63,907 bases of DNA, filler included, from Pelomyxa schiedti (GCA_020536535.1; 16 parts of 16 records of this genome joined end to end with filler, not necessarily neighbours in it); one strand, 5' to 3'. Numbered from the whole stretch's first letter, positions 27,735-41,331 are shown. Notes: generated by a model not told the origin, from the letters alone. Numbers and translations: made by a program.

Positions 27735-28694
27735 CTATCTTTCCACCTCACCAAGCACCACAGCAGTTGGCTTCCTGATGTTGATGTTGTCTGCTGTTGT
27801 TGTTGTTGTTGCTTCCTCACCGCTAGTGTTCTTCCTTGGGACCAGAAAACAACCATCCGTGTCCCCTCGGTCCCCGCCACAAACGGTAGTAGTCCTGGCT
27901 CCCACAAGTTTTTTTGTCTTGGGTCTGTTGTGGCTGTTTGTATGCTTGGCTTTTTTTTTTTTTAACAAACACTGAATAGGAATCAGTTCCATCAGTGACT
28001 GTGGTGAGACCAGTATCACTGTGCTTAACGATGTCTTGTTCCAGACTCTGTTTGAAGGGTTCCACCTGGGAATATTTTTGAGAACGGCCACGCGGAAGAA
28101 GAAAGACATAATCCTCATCAGAGTGACCTCTATACTCTTGGCCCTGAAGAGCTGGTAAGTTTTGGTTTTGTTTTGTTTATTGTGTGTATCGGAAAACCTG
28201 GGGAAATCTTCCTCAATTCTGTCCATTACATCCTCATTGATACCAGACTTGGAACTCAGAGTGTCCTCTTCCTCATCTTCTTCATTGTGCACTCAAATAC
28301 TTGCTGACGTATCATAGTTTACCCTGTACATGAGCCAGGCTGCAGCACAGAACCATTCAGATTGCCTATCAGAAGTATCAGCGATTGTACTGGAAGGTCT
28401 GGCACTCTGAACTCCTATTCGAATCTATAACTGACGGGCAGGCTTTCAGGGTGTTAGAACGCAATGATAGGCACTCCTCAGAAGAGAACCAGTTTTCCTG
28501 GAGTTGGAAGCAAAGTACTGGAAACATGAGAGTGACTGTGAAAATATGTAGAACAGCTGAGGGCAAGCGTTAGTGTTCACTTTTTGAGGAAGGAGAATTA
28601 CATTGCAACAGCTGGATTGGCAATGCAAGCAAAATGAGAAACAGAAGCGAAGCTGTTGTTCCATGTAACCCAGCCATGAACTATGCGTGGGCAA
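27735..28694 (-). CDS. Hypothetical multi-exon protein
   Basis: Several exon-like ORFs (e.g. DRIEEDFPRFS..LFRAKSIEVTLMRIM); family not recognised. Confidence 0.3.
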
Positions 28695-28964
28695 CTCCTT
28701 AATCCCAGTTGTGTTCCAAAAACAGTTTCGGTTTCCTGTTAAGCAAACGTTTAAGTGGTTGGAAGTAAAAAAAAAACCAAAAAGCCAGACAGACGTGCGG
28801 AAGTATGTTGGTATGCGCCTTCTTTTTTTTTTTCCTTATGCGTGTGGGCCGGCTACAACGCGAAACAAAGACGAAGACCGAAACTTGCAGGAGACGACCG
28901 CTGGTGCTGCCACCGGTTCTTGAATATTGTGGTGAGAAAGCTGGGAAATCAACTCTTCCCAAAA

Positions 28965-29458
28965 ATGGGGCAGTACTACAAGGCCATCATCCTGTTCGCG
29001 CGCCGCGACGGCACCACCATCAAGGAAGTCATACGCCTCTGGCTCTCCCCTCACGACTACCACGCCGGCTCCAAGCTCATGGAGCACTCCTACCAGCGCA
29101 ACACGTTCGTCACGGCGTTCGAGTTCCTGCTGACACCCGAGGGCCCCGCCCACATGAGCCGGTGCGTGTGGGCCGGCGACTACGCCGACAGAGAGCCCGG
29201 CCTTGCCCGCAACCCAGACAGAAACCTCTACGACATGGCGGACGACGACACGCTGGCGCAGCCGCCGGCCCGCAGCACCGCCGCGTACCGATACATCGTG
29301 AACCACAGCAAGAGGCAGTACGTGGACAAGAGCGGCTCGGACATCCACCCGCTCCCTCTGCTCCTGGCCGAGGGCAACGGCCGAGGAGGCGGCGACTTCG
29401 AAGGCAGCAACCAGAAAATGGTGGGCGCGTGGGCCCGCGACGTCATCTCGGTGGAGAA
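28965..29458 (+). CDS. Virus/phage-type conserved hypothetical protein (MGQYY family), truncated at contig end
   Basis: Intronless, GC-rich; MGQYYK, KLMEHSY, VWAGDYAD, YIVNHSKRQYVD, IHPLPLL.AEGNGRGGGD, VGAWARDVISVE. Family attribution is from recall. Confidence 0.75.
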
Positions 29459-29558
29459 NNNNNNNNNNNNNNNNNNNNNNNNNNNNNNNNNNNNNNNNNN
29501 NNTTAATTAATTAANNNNNNNNNNNNNNNNNNNNNNNNNNNNNNNNNNNNNNNNNNNN

Positions 29559-30478
29559 GCAGACACTGGTGAGGCAGAAATACATGCTTGAATGTGTTGC
29601 CCTCTCATTGGTTCCAAATCACCCAAACGTGATCCACCCTCTTGGTGCTTTGGTCATCCCTTGGTATTTCATTCCCTCTTTCCAAACTGCCTGCTATCAA
29701 CCTCAACCAACGCACTTATTTACCGCACAGCCTCCCAGTTGAGTTTGTGGACAAAATACCAAGTGATCAACCAATTTATCGACAGCTGTGCAGCAACAAG
29801 TCGTTGGTCATCCTCATGCCTCACTGTGGGATCACACTGTCATCTTTCCTCCTCTCTTCCTCGTCCTCCAGCATTACAGTTGAAGATGCTCAGAATCTGT
29901 TTGTTCAAGGACTCAAGGCTGTCTGCCACATTGATTCACATTTCGTTGTTCACAGGTTTGTTCCCACCCAACACCCTTAACCCTGTTTAACAAAAACACA
30001 CAGAGACATCAAGGCAGACAACATTCTTGTTGACCCAGAGACTGGCAAGCTCACGCTGATCGACTTTGGGGAGGCGCAGCACTGCCCAAACATGGAAATG
30101 ACGGTGACTGCCACGTCACAGCCATGGGGCAACACAGGCACGATGCCACCGGAGCTGAGTGTGTTCCTCAAGAGGATCACGAGGGGGACCAGTGGTGTGT
30201 TCTCATACTCAAAGTGCGACTCCTTTGCACTCGCACTCACTTTCTGGGATGCTCTCCTGCCACAGTCCAACAGGTTCATTGGGAGCTCAATGAACAACAA
30301 CATGAGCACGTTCAGAACTCAGTCACTCCTCAGCCGCTTCCCTGTCCCTTTGTTTTCTTTTCACAGCAGAGGACAGCAGCAACAACACAATCTTGAGTCA
30401 GTGATGGTTGGGATGATGAACCCTGACAAATCAGCCAGGCTCACTGCTGCTGATGCACTGGACCAACTCACTTCGTAG
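29559..30478 (+). CDS. PINK1-like Ser/Thr kinase, 5' truncated
   Basis: HPNVIHPLG.., VVHR|DIKADNILV, LIDFGEA, WGNTGTMPPE, FSYSKCDSFAL; short GT-AG introns. Confidence 0.75.
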
Positions 30479-30719
30479 ACAAAAAAAAAGCCCCTGGTCA
30501 ATACAAAAAGCACCACACATTAAGAGAGAAAGTATTAAAACAGACCCTACGTATGCAGGGATGGTGACGCCGACCCGCAGCACTGTGCCCATTCTCAGAT
30601 CGTTTCAGAGAAGGGAATCAGAATTTTTGACCACTGTCGTTTGTGCATGCACGCGCCACCGACGACAACAACCAGACCGTCAGACGGTGGGAATCAGCAC
30701 CCCCGCGTGAGTGTGACTG

Positions 30720-31221
30720 TGAGGGCCACTGCTTCGGCCCCCGGTGCTATTTCAGCTGTTTCCCAGTTCCTTGCGTTCGCGTGCGGCGCACTCCTTCTCC
30801 CACGGTGTGCATCTTATCATTGACGCCATTGCACTTGTTTGTTGGTTTTTTTTGTTTTTTGTTTGGTTTTTGTGTATTGTTTGGAGATGTCATGATTCTG
30901 TTCATCCTAGGAGAGTTGGTTCTGGCACTGTTACTGGTAGATGTTGTGGAGTGGGACTGTTGTGTGGGTGCTGGTCATTGGTGGCTGAGCTTGGCAGGCG
31001 TTGGGTTGTTGGGGTGTGCAGGTGCCTGGCATTCACTCTTGCTGGCTTGGATGTGGATGCACCAAATGGTCCTGTTCAGGTGCATGTGTTTGTGTCAGTG
31101 TCACACACTGGGGGCGTTGTGAGTGTTGGGAACTGGGTCAGCACTGATCCTGGTGGTGGGCGCTGTGTGAGTGGGTGCATTGGAAAGGACAGGTTCGTGG
31201 TTACAAGCCTGAGTTTAGTAA
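30720..31221 (+). pseudogene. Degenerate QF-HxRCG family member
   Basis: SAVSQFLAFACGALLLPRC followed, in another frame, by VFVSVSHTGGVV..CIGKDRFVV. Confidence 0.5.
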
Positions 31222-31635
31222 NNNNNNNNNNNNNNNNNNNNNNNNNNNNNNNNNNNNNNNNNNNNTTAATTAATTAANNNNNNNNNNNNNNNNNNNNNNN
31301 NNNNNNNNNNNNNNNNNNNNNCTACACGTAAATGTCATTATTATACGTGAAAATGAGTGAAACCGAACCATTTCCCTGCCGTACCGATTCATTTCTGACT
31401 GTCAAGAGATGGCGCTGGAAAGCACACAACAAGCAGGGGCACTCTTTGTCGAAGCTGGCGAGTTGATCATCAGTTATTTTTGGCAACGGTCCGCATAACA
31501 GAATTCGCTGCCGATCACGCTGGGGGATTTCAAACATCAAATCAATGTGAAGATACTTTTCTTGTCTTTTCTTGTTCGTTCTGCACCAAACACAGACATA
31601 CAAAGCCCGATACGGCATCAACGAACGCTGCCACG

Positions 31636-34600
31636 ATGACCACCGCCGCACGCATCAACCTCCCACCACCAGCAACAACCAACAACCCCAATCCCACTGC
31701 ACTGTGCCCATCACGCCCTACATCATCCCCCCGCCTGTCTCCAACTACCCCCCGCGCCGCTCCTTCGCCTTCGCCTTCGCCATCACCAACCCCCGCACGC
31801 CGGCGAAGCAACATCCCGGCGGCGACGGAGGAAGGGTCATCACCCAGGGAGGGCACGAGGCAAAGGGCCAAGGGCACGGGGAAGGGACCTGGTTCGGGTA
31901 CTGGTACGGCAGCGGCGTGGACGCCGGTGGTGCTGAGTGCTTTCCAGCGCCATCTCTTGACAGTCAGAAATGAATCGGTACGGCAGGGAAATGGTTCGGT
32001 TTCACTCATTTTCACGTATAATAATGACATTTACGTGTAGGTTGGGGTTTGATGCGCAACGCGGGTCGCAGTACGACTACTGTGACGACTACAGCAAGAA
32101 CCCAGCTGTGAGTGGGTTCGTGTGCTGCGTGTGTAAGGCACCGTGGGTTGTGCCCGTGACTCACTCGGACTGTGGTGAGACATTCTGCGCCACTTGCATC
32201 AAACCAGTATCCTTCCCTGCTCGATTTTAAATTTTAAACATAGACTCCATTATTCCTGTCATTATCCTGTTTACTAGTCATCTTATGAACTTGGTAACAA
32301 GCCAACGTTCTTTTTTATTTTAGGCCACCGTGTGTCCTGGTTGCGAAATGCCGTTTTCCCCAGCACAAATGATGCCTTTTCGTGCTGTGTCAATATTGAA
32401 CACCCTTGATTCTTTGAAAGTGCGTTGCCCGAGCTGCCGGGAACCTTTCCCTAGGAAGGATGTAGCGACACATTGGCAAACATGTAAATCAGGTAACAGC
32501 TAAAATGTCTCCTTGTTTTAACTCAGTCATCAGAGTGCCCACATGGATGTGGCGAGAAGGTTGCGCCAGATGAATTTGAAGCTCATGTCGCACAGGGTTG
32601 CAGGAATGCAATTGTAGTTTGCACAAAGTGTTTTGCCAGAGGGAAAAAGGAAGAAATTCTTTCTGTGAGCCATGAAGAGATTTGTCCCTTCAGTTTGTAT
32701 ATCCCATTTCAAATGCATTATTCATCCCCTTAGGTTGTCCAAACGGGTGTGGCTGCAAGGTGACAGCCAAGGATGTCACCCAACACAATGAGTTATGTAC
32801 AGAACTTATGATCACTTGTACGCGGTGCAATGAACAAGTCAAACGAGGAAAGTACGTGCTTGAGCACTCCACTTCGTGCTCAATACGTATGTCTTTCCCT
32901 CTTCTCTCAGTTCTTCTCATATACTTTTTTAGCTTGTGAATGTGGGGCACTTATCCCTCCAAAGTCATTGCTAAGCCACTTAGCTTCTGGGTGTAAACTA
33001 GCTCCTGTTCCATGCCGAGGTTCTGCTCTCCTATGCCCCTGGACAGGTTACTACCACAACTGTATCCCTTAATGACTAAGTTAACATGGCTAGGTCCCCT
33101 CACACATCGTGATGAACATGAAAAAACATGCCGCTTTCTTTCGTTTTCCGATATTTTGCAGCCGCTCCTTCTTAAAATTTCTGGAGACTATCACTCTGCG
33201 AGAGAATATAACAAAAGTGGACAACACCTTGCCTCGCAGGATTTCTCAAGGAGGTGCTTGCGCTGCTGGGATTTCAGTGGAGCGGATATATCTGGTTGTA
33301 ATTTTGAGGGCTCTGATCTTTCATGTGCAAATCTCAGTGGTGCCACTGCATGTGGGGCTAACTTCGCCCATGCAAAACTCAAAGAAGCAAATCTCCAGGC
33401 CGGGAACTTCGCGAGTTCCAATTTCAGAGGGGCTAAAATTGTTCGCGCTGACCTCTCAAAGGCCTCATTCGCAAACGCTAATTTTTCCAATGCCATCCTG
33501 CGTGGATCTAACCTCTCTTCTGCCTGCTTTACAAACTCCCGGCTCATTGGTATTCTCCAGCTAACTCCCTTCTCCTTGTTACTGATACCCTCTTCTAGAT
33601 GTAATGTTCATTCACAAGAAAACCGAGAGTTCAACTTGGACTGAAAATTTCTGGCGTCCAAATACTGATGGGCATTACAGAGACAAAAACTGCACTGTAC
33701 AGAACCCGTCGGCGAATGTAATCTCTATTGTTGCGGATATGGGTGTTAAGATTGGGCAAAGAGCTACTTGGAATATTTCAATTATCTCCGGAGGTCGGAT
33801 CGGTGTTGGAGTGTCTCTGTTAACAGCTGTGAAATCACTTATGCCGGGGGAAGGGACCTGGTTTATCACAAAGAGTATCATGTACCTTGATGGGCATCCC
33901 TCTCCCAGAAAGCATTCTTTCTTGAAGAATGGGATTACTATAAAATGCGCACTGGAAAGGCGGCCACTGAAGTCTCTTTTTACCATCAACTGTGGTGTCT
34001 CTTCTGTGGAATTTGCTATTGTACCTTACTCCCACTTCCTTCTTTTTTTTAATCTCTGAAGACAAGCCTTGAAGAGTTGTATCCGTTTGTTGTCCTAGGG
34101 CCGAGAGGCGATGAGCTATCAACTACTTTCATAGAACTTACTCCCATCCTGTCCGATGTTGTTGGATTTGAGTCTGCGTTGCTCACGGACTCCCCAAGTA
34201 CACACATCGTTTGCCCAATCTTATTTTTGACCGTCATAGATGCGTCCGCGAGTTGTGTTATTGCCACAGATTCCAATAGTACTTCCTCTTCCACACCCTT
34301 TTCTAGTTCAATCAACTCGGTAGCTGCAAAATCAGGTACCACATTGTATGACCATACAATATCTCATAGCTTCCAGAAAACTGGCAGATGACTGATGCGT
34401 CAAGCCTTATTTTCTCTAAGGGAAACCTCTCCGTTATGAACGCCACAACACGACCTTACGTCATTATGGCAACATTCGGGATACCTTGGGGTGGCTCAAA
34501 GTACTGGGAAAGTCAAGTACTGCAGGCAACAAAGAACTTTGCTGTTGGTGTTGCCTGTGAATACTGTAAACCTGGAGAAGGAATGCCACTGGAGAAAGGA

Positions 34601-35346
34601 GTATGGAAATGGGAATCGTCTGGCAAGTACTGAATCGTCATCTCCGCTGTGTTATTTTTCTAATTCCTCCACGCAGAGTCTTCTCGAATGGCCACTTTAT
34701 GGAGCACAACTGGGGATTTTCCGAAGGTGACAGTATAGGAATATGCCTCGACCGGCGCAGCCCTGCCGGCACGATCATATTCACCAAGAACGGTAAAATC
34801 ATCATCAGCCTAAGAGGAGCCGGCGCGGACAAAGGAATCCTGTACCCAATGGCCATTCTGGGGGGTTCCGGTGATTCTCTGACCGCCTCGTTCACTGCCA
34901 CGGAGCCCCTTTGCGTTACCCAATTCCTGTCACTCTCAGCAAGCAAACCACCGGCATCATTCCTGGAAATTGCCACTACAACAACAAGCACTGCATCAGC
35001 AACCAAAACAGGAACCATCAACACCAGCTCCGCTGCCGCAGTCCCAACCACCACAAAGGGAAAGGAAGAGGACGACCCTTTTGATTCTATGGCCTCCTCT
35101 CTGGCCTCCTCTGATGACTTTGCGTTTGGAACGCCAAAGCTCACCATTGGATACAACAGTTCCTCCTCATCTGAAAAACTACCACGCTTGGAGGAGATCA
35201 AGAGACCTCAACTTAAGCGATCAGGGTCTGCATCACCCAACTCATCGTTATCTGGCTTGGACAGCCATCACGGGCTGTTTTCCCGCTCAGTGTCACGGTC
35301 CCGGTCCCGGTCAGGCTCAGTCGGCCTCTTTGATTCCGACTCCTGA
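31636..35346 (+). CDS. RING + TRAF-type zinc fingers + pentapeptide repeats + two SPRY-like domains
   Basis: RING CCVC..THSDCGETFCATC..CPGC; repeated CPxxC..HxxxC fingers; A(D/N)LSGA pentapeptides 33270-33550; YWESQV..FAVGV..GDSIGICLD..IIFTKNG..LYPM SPRY motifs. Confidence 0.85.
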
Positions 35347-35386
35347 GCACCAGAGTATAAACCTTCAAGAGAGTTGGTTTACAGAA

Positions 35387-37183
35387 CTATTCATTGCTTG
35401 CTTTGTTTGTTGATTCTGTGTCTTGTGGTGTCTGATTTGGTTGTGTTGGCGCGGATAGGGTATTACACATGTTGGTTGTGCTTGTGGTTGTTGATGCTGC
35501 GGCAGTTGGTGTTGGAGGGCTATTAGGGGAGTCGCATGACGTTTGATTGTGTTGTGATTGCTCGGGGGGGGTATGGGGTATGGGGTCATCGTCGCGGTAA
35601 TCGCAGTACAAGTCTTCGGTATCTGTTGAGGTTCTCTTCTGGTGTGAACTCACCCACTCGTTCACGTTATTGAGTGGAGCTCGCTGCAAATAGGTAAGAC
35701 CAGGTACTACTGAAAGACTTTACCTTCTTTCTTGGTACGATAGCGACCGACTCAACTGACTTCGTCTTGGCGTTTTGGATAGTGACTTTTTGCCGGCCTT
35801 TGGTCAACCGTATGACATAGGCATCAAGTAAATCCCTGTTGTGGGTCAAGGGTGACACAACCTCACTGTCACTGAGGCTGGGGCGAGGGGAGACCCTGCT
35901 CTTTAGTTTGGGTGAAGGGTGCTTTATGCTAAGGCGTGCAGTAGAAAAGACGGAGTCCAGTTGATCCAGTGTGGCCTCAGTATTCAAGGCATTACCGTCA
36001 CAAGATGACAGCGGATCGTGTGGAGTGCGTTTTGCATCTGTCTGATTATTGTTAGAGGACTGGAGGTAAGCACGCAATAGACCTGTTTCAACAGTTTTCT
36101 TATGCACCTCATTCTCAGGCCGGTCCCTGCTCTGCCCCTAATAACATCTTCTTCGTTTGGCTTCGCCGGTTTGATAGGGTGATGCCGTGAGGATGCCCGC
36201 TTCTCAAACATTTGCGCGAACTTCGTTATGCACTGATGCGGCGACTTGTTAGGCACATGCTTGGCGACCTGCACCCAAAAGTATTTGCTCTGCGGAGGAA
36301 CAGACATGTACCCAGCCCACAGATGACTCTCTTGCTGGTATGTGTAGGTTGGGGTAAAGTAGATTTACTATAATTCCAATAAGTACCTCTGAGTCCCAGG
36401 AGGAGTCGCCAATATCGCTTTCACCAGATCTCTCAGGAATGGTGACTTCTATTTTTGGTGTAACTGGAGGTGGTTCCGGTGACTCCAGTGAATCTGGTGA
36501 ATCTAGTGACTCTTCGCATGAGTTCGACAGACCGGGATGGAAAGATTCATCTAAATCCCCGTTACCATCCAAGTCAGAGAGCTCTCCCTCATCGTCTCCA
36601 ATAGAACCAGAATCTATTGGCGCCGGAGCACTGGACAATTCCTCAAAAAATCTGCCTGGTGACAAGTCATGTGTAGAATGTAATGTCAATGCATACCAAT
36701 TATTTGCGATGCCTTGGCCGCACAGCGGCGGGTAGGACGCCCATCCGCTCTAAGAATGGTGAGACATGTTGTTATATTAGAGGGAAAAAGACATTGGAGT
36801 CAAGGTTTGCCACAAAAATCAATCATACGTGGAAATGGTACCTCCCAGAGCTAACAAGTACTTCCTTGTCGACCCTGGATCGCTTTTTCGTTGGTTCTTC
36901 AACATTTTCACAGACCGGGCTCCCCTTTCCACCCTTGGATGTAGCGACGTCTTTGCTGTGTTCGTTTTTCTTCCTCCTGCCCTTCTTCTGTCGTTCTTTG
37001 TGTAACACAGCTGACTGGCTGCTGCTAGTGCCTGTGTCCGGTGTGAAAAACAAAATGAGTACGCGACCACCACCTCTTACTTTCTTTACTGATTATGACA
37101 GATCTGCCATCCTCCCTCTGGGCGCAGGCACTCACTGTATCCGTCCGGAAAACAGTGTCAACAACCGGCCGTGCGGCTGTCAT
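35387..37183 (-). CDS. SANT/Myb-domain protein resembling the Mis18BP1/KNL2 C-terminal region
   Basis: FWVQVAKHVPNKSPHQCITKF, then GRAGTGLRMRCIRKLLKQ and NRDLLDAYVIRL; acidic low-complexity N-terminal half. Confidence 0.6.
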
Positions 37184-37240
37184 TGTTTTTTGAAATTTTT
37201 TTTGAAGCTTCGCTAAGTCTATTTTCACACAACATTTAAA

Positions 37241-40200
37241 TCAACTGAGAAGAAGCATGGCCCACAGGCCACCAGTAAGTGCATCAAAGAAGCTTTGCAA
37301 GTGCTCACCGGTGAGGCTGCGGTCGAATACTTGTGGGACAGTATCTCCTGTTGTTGCAGATTGGTCAGTGCAGTCATAGTCATAGTCATCAGTGTCAGTG
37401 TTGCTGTTTTGCTGAAGAACGTGGTGTAGAGCAGCCAGATCAACAAAAACGGCTGTGCTGCCTGTTAATTTAGGTGGGATTGCGTCCACAATGACGAGAT
37501 ATACATCCATGTACACGTTGAGGGGTGATCCTGGAATGCCGGTTAGGAAACAACGCCAATGGGAAATGGATTTGGCTCACCGATCAGCCGGGTTATACTG
37601 GCACCCGTTGTGAATAGCTTGCTGGGGTTGGTGGCTTCTATTCCGATACCGTTGAGCAACTTATTCACAACATTGTTACTGTCAGCCTTTACTGGTACCG
37701 GTTCGAGCAGCATAAATTGCCATACATCTGTTATTGGTTATTGTAAAGAGTATAGCAGAGATAACGAAACTTGTTTCAGTACTGGGCATACAAAGTATGT
37801 GCCCCTCTCTGCATAGTATTAGTAGACAAGAGATGAGAAGTTACTCACTTATTGAACACCGTAACACAAACTGCAAGATGGCAATGGCCTCGTCTACATG
37901 CCCGCATGTGAGAGCAAACTCGTCTAGTTGGAGTTCCGCTTGAAGTGAGAATCTCAACATATGTTTTTCCTTGTTCGGCTGGTATATCAGAAGTGGGTGG
38001 AATGGAGTCCTCTGGACGAGTGAAGTACTCATCGTCAGTTTCAGAGTCACAGAACTCGTCGTCGTCATCACCGGCATGTTGATTTGGCGGCGGAGCCGGT
38101 GGTGCTGGCGGTGCAGCTTCATGCGATGTTTTAGTAGTAAGAAAGGAGAAAGCATTTATCCACTCTTTGCTACTCCATTTATTGTTACAGATGAGCTTGA
38201 GTATGCGCTATCTCAAGTGAGAAACTGTGAAAATTTAGTTGCCCGACTTACAGTATTTCCAGTGTGTGTAGTGTATTCAATATTGAATGAAACCCCTCCA
38301 CTTTTATCTTCTGTTACTTCACTCAAACTCCCTAAACACTGTACTGTTGCTAGTTGGGTAGCCTCGCCCTGAAAAAGTGAATTCGTTCAGTTGATACTAA
38401 TTTATATACCTCCGGCTCGTGGAATTGAAGCAGACCATTATCAGGGCACAATAGAAACCTAATAACCATTACTAAACCAACAAGAGGGAAACAATTAACC
38501 ATCTTCTCACTGGGTGGATTCCAGTGTCTTTGTACAACCAACCAGCTTTAATTGCCTACGTGAATATACTCAGTTAGATCCTAGTCCCCTTTAGAAGGAA
38601 AACCTTGGGATATCGGACATTGGTAAAGGTTATCTCCCAGTCCGCGATTTGCCTGTATAGGCCTTCAAGAAAAGACTTAGGAAAATCTTTCCCCTAAAAA
38701 AATCAGCCTACATTATGTGGTGAGCATGGGGACCTGATTGATTTTACGGTTATTGCTTAGGAACCCTTGTACAGTCATCTTGTTTCTGACTGATTTATTA
38801 TGCAAATCGGTATTTAGCATGATAACACTGTATGCGAGCACATAAATCGAGGCTTCAAGAAACTTGTCAAATAAAAGATGGAATAAATATGCTGGTACCA
38901 GATTCCAAAAATAAAGACTGATCTGAATTGGCGTAGTAGGCATCAGCAAAGGCCTGCATTAGGCGGTCGATCTTCTGCGATTCACCAGGCAGTTTAAATT
39001 GATACAGCATGGTCCTACGCAGTTCAGCCACATTTCCTGTTCACGGAGAGATAGATACCTGAGAGCCATTTCAAATCCAAGATGTCTAAAATCAAGCAAC
39101 GCCATGTACTCGGCCAGTATTGCTAGCGATTCACTTTTCGTATTAGTTGGGGATAAAATCTTTTTCCACACACGGCTCCGTCAAGAATAGGCCAATTTCA
39201 ACTTTTGAGAGTAGGTTGCAGTCTCGTAGGAAGGAGGCAATAGACCGTGGGTTATCTTCAATCCATTGATTTTCCACTAGAACTTTGATGCCCTGTTGAA
39301 TCTTGATTAATGTGGGGTGCTTGTGATCTTAGTAAAACCTTCTGAGGAGAATTATTGAAAAGCTCAATCCCACTCATGGCATGGTCCCACATGTGGGATG
39401 TCTGAAGGACTTTAGAATTGGAGGAAACACAGTTTGGCATACATCTTGCGGAACGCTGGCAACTTCCAGCTTATCAGCTGCAGCAAATAATTGCTCTATC
39501 TCGTTCCTTTTTTGATCACTTCGTGTCGAAGAAGGGCGCACATTCTTCTTTTCACTGTGGCGAAATATAGTGAAGTGGGATCGGGGTGCTGTGACTTGTT
39601 GTGCAGAAGGTTGTGTGGTTGATGTAGGAGTTGCTGAAATAGGTCGTTGTGGTGTTGGTGAGAGTGATCTTTCTGATGGTACAGTTGGTGTGCTTGGTGA
39701 ATTACTTAATACATGTACAGTGTTGGAGTTGACTTTATTTTGATTGAAGACTACACTATCGGCTACTTCGGGAGCGGAGCTTGTTCGATGTCGATTTTCC
39801 GTACTTTCACCTTCTCAAAGATAAGAAAACAACACAAAGAAGAGGCAGATTTTACAGGGTGCGGAAAGATCAATGGGTTTTCGTTCAAGTAGCTGTATGA
39901 TTATTAATGGAAAATTGTACCTGCTAATTCTAACCTGGGCAGCAACTCCTCTAGCCCTCATGGGTATGACTAGTTCCGATTTATTCTAAATCAGATTGGT
40001 CTTAATCTGGGGAAGCATCAAAGAGGTGTACCTCGCATCCTGAAGCAGGTAGAGTTTCTGTCAGAACAGGAGGTCCAGAGGCAAAGTGGGTTCGAGAAGG
40101 CTTTGGCGGAGGTTGACCATAAGAAGGCACAACCACGTGTCCTGTAGGTGATGGCACACGATTAACTACAGACGCGAGCTTCGGAACCTATCTTGAACAG

Positions 40201-40385
40201 ATAAAAATTACATGAAGACGATTCAAAATTGCAGAAACACCACGCACCACCAAGCAAGGACTAGACGTTGTACTAGTACTCGTAGTTAGCCTTGTTGGGG
40301 ATTCAGTAGAGTCTGATGCCGCGGTAATCAAGTCAATCTCAGAGTGGCTCGTCCGTGCTGCCGTGGCTGATTCCACGGTTGTTAC
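37241..40385 (-). CDS. Sec7 + PH domain Arf guanine-nucleotide exchange factor, 5' truncated
   Basis: [34 protein letters not shown], then PH-like [21 protein letters not shown]; many short introns. Confidence 0.88.
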
Positions 40386-40485
40386 NNNNNNNNNNNNNNN
40401 NNNNNNNNNNNNNNNNNNNNNNNNNNNNNTTAATTAATTAANNNNNNNNNNNNNNNNNNNNNNNNNNNNNNNNNNNNNNNNNNNN

Positions 40486-41231
40486 TTCAGTAACCATCAA
40501 TTGACACTTTCTGAGCTCATACACGTTCACAACCAGATAAGTGATACCAACATCCAACGTCCAGCTCTGAGAGCGTTGGGCAATGTGGCAAATGGAAGGT
40601 TTACACCTTCCTTTCAATTCACACTCATGATAAATTACTCCAACGTTACACTCCACCCAGTACTGAAGAAGCTCAGGTAAATACAAGGTAAACAGACTTC
40701 TTGTATTTAACTACATGTACTCACAGAGCCTCATTGATGCCGGTATTTTTCAGGCTGTGATGCCATTGTATGTGTGATGAACATTCCATCCAATCATGTG
40801 CATTTTTTTGTCTTAATATGCCACACATTAGCCTGCTTCAACCCAGTAAGTGTCGCCAGATTGTGCTTTGGGTGGTGGGTATCATCACAATAACCACTTT
40901 GCATACACACCCCCTTTTCTCTTCTCTTCTCTGCCATTCATCTTTTTCCACAACAGCTCTCCAATCTTGCGGTTGGCACGAAGTAAGTAGCTTCCAATCA
41001 TTAATTACATCACCAACATCACAATGACACCAAGGGAACAAGTGACAGAACTTTGCAAAAGTGGGGTTATCCCACATGTTGTGACATGCTTGTCATCACC
41101 AAAAGGTGACGTGTGTATACGTGAAGAAGCCTGCTGGGTCATTGCCAATTGCATTGAAACAAACCATCCAGAAGTCATTCAGTGTGTGATTTAAACAAAC
41201 AACAACCGAACTCTCACATTGGATTTGCCAG
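40486..41231 (+). repeat. Near-identical second copy of importin-alpha-like exons 45309-46054 (allele or assembly duplicate)
   Basis: Only a handful of substitutions/indels; bounded by a linker and a 100-N gap. Confidence 0.8.
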
Positions 41232-41331
41232 NNNNNNNNNNNNNNNNNNNNNNNNNNNNNNNNNNNNNNNNNNNNNNNNNNNNNNNNNNNNNNNNNNNNN
41301 NNNNNNNNNNNNNNNNNNNNNNNNNNNNNNN

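Noticed and set aside
31322-32040. Perfect 104-bp inverted repeat (31322-31425 vs 31937-32040) as transposon TIRs
   Set aside because: 100% identical, starts exactly at a contig end and copies an exon/intron piece of the adjacent gene; typical amplification fold-back chimera.
40486-41231. Second importin-alpha gene
   Set aside because: Near-identical internal fragment bounded by a linker and a gap; more likely allele or mis-scaffolding than a paralog.
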